From: Tubiluchus corallicola
Taxonomy: Eukaryota > Animalia > Priapulida
Assembly: GCA_030141605.1 (NCBI GenBank)
Contig: JAQGDQ010000286.1
Coordinates: 1 to 64,000 of the forward strand
Reading direction: 5' to 3'
DNA: 64,000 nt
A program made the translations under genes and the position numbers. Below are positions 55,363 through 64,000 of the stretch, in pieces. The notes beneath the pieces were generated by a model. That model had not been told where the DNA came from and did not search any database. It worked only from the letters and a program-made list of their open reading frames with translations. Position 1 is the first letter of the stretch, and each line of letters opens with the position of its first letter.

Positions 55363-55616
55363 TAAAATTTTTAATACAGTTTAATATACTACAAACCTGG
55401 ACTTCAGAACACACAGAGGTAAGACCTATTTCTTGTAGACAGTTGAGAGAGAAACAAGATCCTTCACATTGCATACAATAAACATTTAAAACGAAAAACA
55501 GCTAGGAGTCATAGCTACTTTTAACTCAACGATGCACAGAGTCGGAAGGAAGCGATATATTATGGCGGGAGAAATCACAGTCAGCTTTCCAAGCAATCGC
55601 CAGTCCGTTTACTTAA

Positions 55617-56153
55617 AGGAAAACCGGACGCGATTGTGTAGAAATTAGTTCAAAATAAAGTGTGCTCTGAAATATTGAAAACTACAACAGCTTTTTTTAA
55701 ATTAAAAGTTTAGATTAAATGATAATTATCTCGGGCAGTTAAATTTTGTTTAACTTTCAAAGCTCAGTGAATCTATTAAAGCAATGGCGCCCTTTTGTCA
55801 CATTCGCGTAACCGATAAATAGGTGCGGTACCGTGATAAACATGATAACGAACGGCAGAGCTCGTCTGAGACGTCAGAGTGACGTAGAGCTCATTTTCGT
55901 GACATCGCATCAGCGCTTTGTAACAATCTTCGCTTACGCAAACGTGCTTGACACGCTGATGAAGATAGCGACCATTTCACAAACTGTGGTTAGTTTGTGA
56001 CGTAAGAGATGGCTGCGTTCGATAGCCGTTAATTAATTTTCCGAGGTAATTATTCAATTATTAGAAACAATTGCTAACTTTTGTAGGCAAGAACACGTAT
56101 ATATTGGACAGCAAATTAGAATGATTGACTCTAAATAATCATCTGGTTTTTCT
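55617..56153. mobile_element. Kolobok-type non-autonomous element, family C
   Basis: TTAA|AGGAAAACCGGAC...ATCTGGTTTTTCT|TTAA: a 13-bp TIR matching 10/13, with TTAA on both sides. Single copy in the window. Confidence 0.6.
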
Positions 56154-57457
56154 TTAACCGACTCAACGTTGCTTAACTTCGGTAACTGAGTGCATACTGC
56201 ATCACTATGCGCTTGACAATTTTCATCGATTCATACAGTAACATCTAGTAAATACGTGAACGCGTTGGAACTTCATAACTTAATTGAAATAAATTACATC
56301 TGACAGAAAGCGCGCGGTTAGGTGCGTAACTCTTTCTTCTTGGATACCTTTATCACAAAAGCGCATTAAGCTAAACTATAACTTGGAGAGATTAAGGAAG
56401 CTACACTCCACGCTACCGGATACTTTAAGCTCTGACACGAGCTTGAAAAGAATATCCTATGATAGCTTAGCTAGCTTCTAATCCATGTTGAGCTCATACA
56501 CTTCGAGAGCCTAACAGAGTCGCTGGTAAATCATGAACAAATCTGCTCGAATTGGGTATTAGCAGTTGACAGAAATCAAGAACGCCCCTTTTGCAGCAGT
56601 TCAGCGTTTTGCAGAATTGACCCCGAAGGCATGCATGATTGTGTGGGCAGAAAAAGTAAAGTCTGAGTTTGTTGGCCAGGCGGATCTAGGTTAGGGTGTT
56701 CTATCCGTGATAACTACAAGTAAGAAACCTTGCATCATTATGCTCCCGATTCTGGCGCATCTTTAGCAGTTAACTTTAATAAAACAATTTCAACAAAAAT
56801 TTCACGACTTGTATCACCTAAGATATGTGGAGACGCTCTATCTGTCACCTCTTTTCAGCGCTGAAATCTCTAAAGACAGTTTGAATTTAAGGCTGATTAG
56901 AAGGGCATACCAGCGTAGTTAATTTCTTTGACAGCGCACATTTACGAACAGACTGCGAATGCGTCCGAAGAATGGGCAGGATCGTCCACGCAGCCAGCTG
57001 ACGGATAACGAGCAGCGCCCTGGAAAACGACGTTCTTGTGTTTGTTAAATGTTGCAAACTGGTTAGGCTGATTACTCTCGTTACATTCTGGAAAACATGG
57101 AGAGTTAGTTAGGCATATGGATGCGCCCAGGCATGAATATTCAATAACGTTGAAGTTCCTCGCGTGTGTATTGCTTGACAAACCTGTAAAAATTCTATTA
57201 TCATGTTTGCACTGAGATTTCTTACTCCAAGGTCACATTAGGAAAACAAATTAAAGGCCCCAGTCATTTTATGGCGTTTTCTAAAACGCTTATCGAAAAT
57301 TCTATCTTTGATAGTCGATAACTAATTAACAAATCATTAATAAAGAGCAATGAATCAAGGTCACAGGTCTAAGAAACAAATTAAAAGCGACAGTTTGTTA
57401 TTGCTATTAATGGGTATTGAAAACACTGTGCTATAGAAGACAGCAAAATGATTCAAA

Positions 57458-57760
57458 ACATGTGGTACCCCCTGTTGTCATATATAAGAAACAAGAAACG
57501 TATTAGGCTAGTACTGAGCACTGATAACTAATTAATAACCAATTAACAACACGCAATTAAAAGATGGAATATTAGACTATTTTAGTAAAACAACAATTGT
57601 TGGCTGGGGCTTCTGGTTTTTTCTGCTGTATGTGAATATTGTTACATTTCTTTTTATTAATCAGTTATTAATTAGTTATCGATTTTTAGAGATAACTTAG
57701 AAAGTATTAACCTAAAGTGCTTATTGTTTCTTGTAAATGTCAGTAGATGGTGCCACATGT
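57458..57760. repeat. Diverged foldback element
   Basis: ACATGTGGTACC...AAGAAACAA...GATAACTAATTAATAAC is mirrored by GTTATTAATTAGTTATC...TTGTTTCTT...GGTGCCACATGT; related subrepeats lie at 57225-57395. Confidence 0.65.
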
Positions 57761-58245
57761 CCTAACTCTTTTTTTACTATTTTTTATAGTGTTCGTGGCC
57801 CTAACTACAAGTAGTATTCTCCCACATGCACATAGACCATAAAGCTTATGCATGCATAATCAGTCCGTTTCAGGTCTACTGATGCTTGAATTTAAACAAA
57901 ATTTGGAGCCAAATCATCGGACTGAATGCTCTTAGCCTTAATTGGCTGAGCGAGGCATTGACAGGTGCAAACACACCTGTTAGACGAAAGAGTTAAAGCA
58001 AGAGTTTTTATCACGGAAGGAAGAGTATGTTAGAACGTTTAGCTGACAATGATTGAGGCAACTGATAAAGTCTTTTACAATTTAAGTAAAACTTCTTCAA
58101 CACAAAACGCAACCAGCCGAGGCAAGCTGCCATGATTTAATCAGATCAGATTACAAACTTCGTTTTGTCACTCTAATTAAAACTTGGGAATTAATTCAGG
58201 CCTAAAAGTTGGCTCTTATTTAGGACTGCTTTAGTGACGCATTAA

Positions 58246-59106
58246 AGGAAAACAGAATGATTTTTTATATGCTATCCCATTTTCAAAATCGATAAAAATT
58301 ATACATTTTAACACAATTAATGCTGCAAAAGCGTTTCTGATAATTAAATAATAGATTTAAAACGTAATTAACGGCAGGCGACCCCAACTATTGATGATAC
58401 GTCATTTTAATTTGCTATGTCATGCTGAGTGTGTAAACAGCTATTTTAGTTCTTTGTGTTTCTACTTATATTATTATGATCACTTTGTTTTAATTTGCAC
58501 TGTTTTTTGTAGTAGGCCTTTATTATTTTATTATTCTATTTCACTTATTATTTCTTTTGTTATTTATTTCACTTTTCAACTGCCTTATTACTCATGTATT
58601 GTACTCTGAAGATTACGAAATAAAATAAAAAAATAAAATAATATCACAAATGAACATAATTTCAACAGCAAAAATATTCCATAAGCGTGTTTCACGTTTT
58701 TGTGAAAGTGAAAATGGAAATACTGTGCTACTGTAATGTATCTAGTGTCTCATACTAAAACTACGCAAGTTTTAAGATAAAAACCCAAATTTCAAAATAA
58801 CCGGTGTGCTCACCAAGAGCTGTCGAATGTGTGTAGTTCGTCACAAACTAACATATCTGAACTGAGAGCGACAGCACTTGTTTTTTTATGAAACGAGTTT
58901 ACGGATTGCAGGCCCTAGAACCCGTCTAACTAACGAATGGCGAAATGCATGTAACAGCGAAGAACTAGTGGCGCGAACGTGAAATTGTGTTTCTGTGGTA
59001 ATAATTCTTCCCGTAAGTCATTTTTGAAAAAATAGTATGTTTCGTTTCAATATTTTAAGCAGTAGATTATTTTGACCTACAGTTTAAGATTGGGCCTGGT
59101 TTCTCT
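58246..59106 (-). mobile_element. Kolobok-type family A copy with a nested ~240-bp insertion
   Basis: TTAA on both sides (58242-45, 59107-10). Homology is interrupted at ~58400-58641 by AT-rich sequence ending in (AAATA)n. Confidence 0.82.
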
Positions 59107-59881
59107 TTAAGTGCAACGTGTTAATAACAGTCTGAGAAATTAATTAAGCTAATTTATGATTAGTTATGCGAGTTGTTTGGAAAACAGTTTTCATATAGTA
59201 AATGGTGAAGATTAATCCAGCATGGATGGAAGCCATTGTGAGTCATCTACATAATCCTTCCCAGTTCAAGAAGACAATCATAAGCGCATGTGGTGCTCTA
59301 GGTTTGGTGCACGCAACTTCGGTGCACGCTACATAATACCTAGCACCAAAAGCGTACGATAGCACCCCTCGCAGCGCCACGTAGAAAACGATTTCCGATT
59401 CCTCCTATTCCCGTTTCACGACCGCGCGAAGGCGGTGTTTTTGTGAGCAATTCTCGACACCCCCCGACTTACGTCCGCCCTCATAATCCCGGGGAAATAA
59501 TGGCAAGTTGTCATACACAGGCCGATACGCTGATTTAGTAAAGTTGAACATATCACGGACACACACGTAAGCCATTTACATAATGCTTGCAAAAGTCGAA
59601 ACATAAAACAACATTTACTGTTCCTATCACGTTGTCAAGCATTAAAAGCGCATATTCAGCGTTGGCGCAAAATCTTGACGATGTAGCTTGTGGCTTGACG
59701 TTCGCGTCGATAAAGAAAAGTAATAATAGAGTCTTGCATAATGGAAGCAAGAACAAAAAAACAAAGACAATTAAATGTTTTACGATTATAATAATTATAA
59801 AAAATTAATTAATTATTCGTAGATTAATCTACGCTCTAAGCTGATTATAAAAAACATGACAGACCTCTCCTGAGGCTTGTT

Positions 59882-60126
59882 ATCATTAAAAGAGAAAAAC
59901 TTAAAGTCCATTATGGCCTCAAATATTATAAAATTTCATCAGGAGCTTTTGCCCTAGCGGGCCTCATTAGCTGATGGGAAAGTGCTCGTAACTTGAGAGT
60001 GTTGACCACTGCTGATAATTGCTAGTATTTTGTATTGAGCTGACGAGGCCCGCTAGGGCGAGAGCTACTGAATAAATATTATAATCTTTGAGACTAGAAA
60101 GGGCATTACATTTTTCTTCTGTTGAT
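59882..60126. mobile_element. Penelope-like inverted pseudo-LTR pair with hammerhead motifs (family H2)
   Basis: About 90-bp inverted arms. Plus: GAG-CTGACGA-G-GCCC-GCTA-GGGC-GAGA-GCTA-CTG-AATAAA (60037-60076). Minus: CAG-CTAATGA-G-GCCC-GCTA-GGGC-AAAA-GCTC-CTG (59940-59973). Confidence 0.7.
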
Positions 60127-60319
60127 TAGATAAAATAATCTAGCCAATTATTTTCGTTACAGCATGGAAATGTTGGAAAAGGTGATGAATTATTTTTTTT
60201 ACTAGCACTGAATGAAAATCTGTTATTTTAAACTTTTTTAATCTTTTTATTATGTTGCTGTTTTCTGTAAAGTAGAAAATTTCGGACTATGAAATGTCTT
60301 ATTTAACTTTCCTAATTAA

Positions 60320-60918
60320 AGTAAAAAAGGACCCAATCTTAAGCTGTAGGTCAAAGCAATCTGCTCTAAAATATTGAAAAGAAACATACTATTTTTTTCA
60401 AAAATGACTAACGTGGAAAATTGTTTACCATACAAACACAATTTCACGTTCGCGCCACTAGTTTTTCGCTGTTACGTGCATTTGGCCATTCGCTAGTTAG
60501 ATTGGCACTAGCGCCTGCATTTCGGAAACACATTGCACAAAAAGCAAGTGCTATACCTCTCAATTCAGATGTGTTAGTTTGTGACGAACTACACACGTTC
60601 GACGGCTCATGCGTGAGTACATCGGTAGATTAGAAATTTGAATTTTTATCTTAAAATTTGCGTAGTTTTAGTACAGTATCTTACAGTAGCACTGTACTTC
60701 AATTTTCGTTTTCGCAAATACACTCATGGGATGTTTTTGATCTTGAAAATTATGTTCGTTTGTGATGTCATCAATAGTTTGGCTTGTCCGTCGTTAATTA
60801 AGCTTTTAATCTATTGCTTAATTATCAGGAACGCTTTTGCAGTATTAATTGTGTTAAAATGTAAACTTTTATCAAACTTGATAATGGGATAGTGTATGAA
60901 AAATCGTCCTGTCTTCCT
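60320..60918 (+). mobile_element. Kolobok-type family A copy (full length, perfect TTAA TSD)
   Basis: TTAA at 60316-19 and 60919-22; termini AG...CT. Confidence 0.85.
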
Positions 60919-61126
60919 TTAAGGAACTCTACAAGAGCTGGCGCCATGAATCTTCACAAATTTGCCTACCGATTCCGTATTTTCTTTTTAACATAATTTT
61001 TGAGCTGTCAGAGTAAAATCGACAATTTGTCTCAGATTGTGAAAATTTGCTTATAGCCAGGCGAACACTTGATACCAATTTCACGACTGTACATGGCTTT
61101 CAAGAAGAGATATTAGTTGAATTGGA

Positions 61127-61254
61127 TGAATTTTCGTAAAAAATGAATTTTTGAGAAATTCGTTTTCAAAGTTAAAGAAGAAATTTCTGCTATGAATTTT
61201 CTTTAAAAATGAATTTTTGAGAAATTCGCTTTCAAAGTTGAAAAAGAAATTTCT
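61127..61254. repeat. 66-bp tandem duplication
   Basis: AAAAATGAATTTTTGAGAAATTCG(T/C)TTTCAAAGTT occurs twice. Confidence 0.85.
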
Positions 61255-62171
61255 ACAAATTTGCATAGCAACAGTGCAAAGTGTTGGTTGCAAAGGGGTG
61301 TTACAGACTAATTTGAAATGCAAATTAATTCAGTAAAAAAATTTTTGAAATTAGCGAACTTTTACTTTTACTGTTACTTTTCGACAAATATATTTTACCT
61401 TCGCTAAACATTTTCTTATCTGTACGAATTTTAATTACAGGTGTGTAGTGACTATTATTATTGTATCTAGAAACATCTTTAGAATGTACTAAAACTGTGT
61501 GATAACCTTTTAATATAATATGTAACTTTTAGTATAATATGTAATTGTAGATGTAGTTTTATTATGCGATGTGATTCGTGATTTTTCATTTGTGATAGAA
61601 CCTAGATAGAGGTAAAATCTAAAAGGGGAAGGAAGTTTTAACTTCATCCTCTCTTTATCATGAGCTCTTTTATTGTAGTTTTATTGTTTTATATATATAT
61701 ATATATATATATATGTATAATGTATTTTATACTTATGTTTGCAAATTTTATGTGTAAGATGTAATAGTTTTTAACTCATTGAATAAATTAATAATTAATT
61801 TATAATTAATAACGAATACTTGTTTTCCTATATCAAAGTGGATTTTTTTAATGATCCATTCCCTTTTGCAAACAAATCCATAATCATCCATTAACAAGCC
61901 ATCAAATGTTTAAGCGTTTCAGCCATGAAAACGCCTTAACAAATACATAATGAAGTGCGTTAGTACATAAAACTATCCACGTCTATTAGCAGGGTCATAA
62001 AGTTTGATTTTATTAGCTCCCCTGGTCTTTGTGAGGTGTTGCAGTTGGCAGCTTGTTGACACGGGCATTCGGGAAGATTTAGTTGAATTCGTTGAAAGAC
62101 TTTGGAATAAAATTACAAAACTTTGGATTAAAATTGCAATTGAAAACTTGATTGAATTTCATTTAAACATT

Positions 62172-62700
62172 TGCAATGTACAAATTGTTGAATACTATTA
62201 ATTTATTTAACTAATATTATTATATAAATTAAAAATATTATTTATAAGATGCATTTCTTTGTTACTCACTCACGTTACAAATATACGTATGCAATGTACA
62301 AATTGTTTAATACAATTAATTTATTAAACTAATATTATTATATAAATTAAAAATATTATTTATAAAATGCATTTCTTTGTTACTGACTCACGTTACAAAT
62401 GTACGTATGCAACTTACAAATTATTTAATACAATTAATTTATTTAACTAATATTATTATATTAACATTATATTAATTAAAAATATTAGTAATACAATTAA
62501 TTTATTAAACTAATATTATTATATAAATTAAAAATATTATTTATAAGATGCATTTCTTTGTTACTGACTCACCTACATCAGTATTTTAGTTATATGAATT
62601 TTAATTGAGCGATTGATTAATTAAAAACATAATTAATTAAAATTGTAACTAAAATACTGATATACTGAGTCAGTAACAAAGAAATGCATCTTATAAATAA
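62172..62700. repeat. 118-bp tandem repeat ending in an inverted copy (hairpin 62537-62700)
   Basis: TGCAA..TACAAATT at 62172, 62290 and 62408; TTATTTATAAGATGCATTTCTTTGTTACTGACTCA is exactly mirrored at 62666-62700. Confidence 0.88.
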
Positions 62701-64000
62701 ATTGACGAGTGGGTGAGTGAATGAATGAAAGAATGATTAATGAGTTAATATATGACAAAATAATTAAACAAACTAATAGAAAATAAAAGGATGAATGAAT
62801 GAGTAAATGAACGGAAAAACGAATGAAAATATAAATAAATAAATAATTGGATATGAAATGAATAAACTATTCAGTGCATCAATAGATCGTTGAAATCGGC
62901 ATCATAATTAATGAATAACAGTTATTCAATTCTAACCTGTTTCAACAAACATGTTAATTACAAAAAATTATTAATGGCCGTTACGTATTCACAAGCTGTA
63001 GACCTAAATAAAGATAAATCATTTAAATTATATAAAGGAACGGCAGCATCTGTTTTAGAACAGCCCTGTTTTGGACATTACATTACTTTGCATTATGTTG
63101 CAGTTTTCAGACTTTTTTTTAAGAATCATTAAGAATTTAAAGATTCCGTGAAGAATTCAATGAATAAGACACAGCTGGTGCAACAGCGAAAACGATTCTA
63201 CTTTAGATACATTGCTGAAGGCATGTTTGGAATGCCTAAACAGTCCATGAAAAAGCAGTGAACCTTCACGTGTTCAAACAAGAAATCACCGTCGGTACAA
63301 AAAGATGCTCCTGTTTAAATATTGGTCTGTCATAAAGGTTGTCATATAATGAGGAAAGAAGTCTCACGCCCGCTATTCCAGAATGCGTCTGGCTTGGGCT
63401 CACTCGGTAAACAATGCCAGTCAAGTTTCGCCAGACGAATCGCGGGCTGTGTTTACACGTCCCATGACGCTCAGTGTGTATCAATGAAAGAGAAAATATA
63501 TTTTTATATTTTGCATCTAAACCTCTAGGCCCAGCTGCAGTTTTTTTGGGGTGTTGACACATCTACTTGGTATTGACACAAGGAAAATTATATAAAGAGG
63601 TGTAAGAGTGTAGTCTATACGAATGCTATACGAATGCTATTGATTCTTGAAGTTTCCTGAATTGCAGTAGACCTAAAGTTTTCCATAAGTACATAAGTAC
63701 CTTAGGTTTTTTAATAAGTACATACAGTAGGCTTAACGAATTTCAAATGTACAATAGACTTTAGGTATTTAAAAATACAATAGTCTTAAAACCTTTTTGT
63801 GTACAGTAGACCTAGTAGCATCTTGGGTTTTCAAAAAAGCTAAATGATTTCAGAAAACTTTCATGGCAAACGTAAACGTTTTCAAAAGTACTGTAGAATT
63901 TAGAGTAACTTGGTTGAATTTGAGATTTTCAAAGTACAGCTGACTTGCGTGTTCTCAGATGTATATACATCAGACTGAAAATTTTCATATATAGAGTAGA

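Overview
Eukaryotic, very AT-rich DNA packed with microsatellites, most likely from an invertebrate animal. It reads as a gene desert or a large intron: I found no convincing host exon, and nearly all ORFs in the track are repeat artefacts. Recognisable content: (i) about 10 non-autonomous TTAA-flanked Kolobok-type DNA transposons from three families; (ii) a full-length 5S-rRNA-headed SINE with an RTE-like (AAC)n tail and an exact 11-bp TSD; (iii) two copies of a tRNA-derived SINE; (iv) several LINE 3' remnants with recognisable ORF2 C-termini; (v) two candidate solo LTRs, a Harbinger-type MITE and several foldback elements; (vi) minisatellites with 35, 40, 44, 54, 118 and 151 bp units; (vii) a few candidate enhancer motif clusters. 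The most notable signal is two unrelated Penelope-like repeat families whose inverted arms each carry a minimal type-I hammerhead ribozyme motif. One locus (44.0-45.2 kb) has hammerhead motifs in both polarities, with a 476-nt unit between two same-strand predicted cleavage sites. All calls were made by eye, with no database searches or folding runs.
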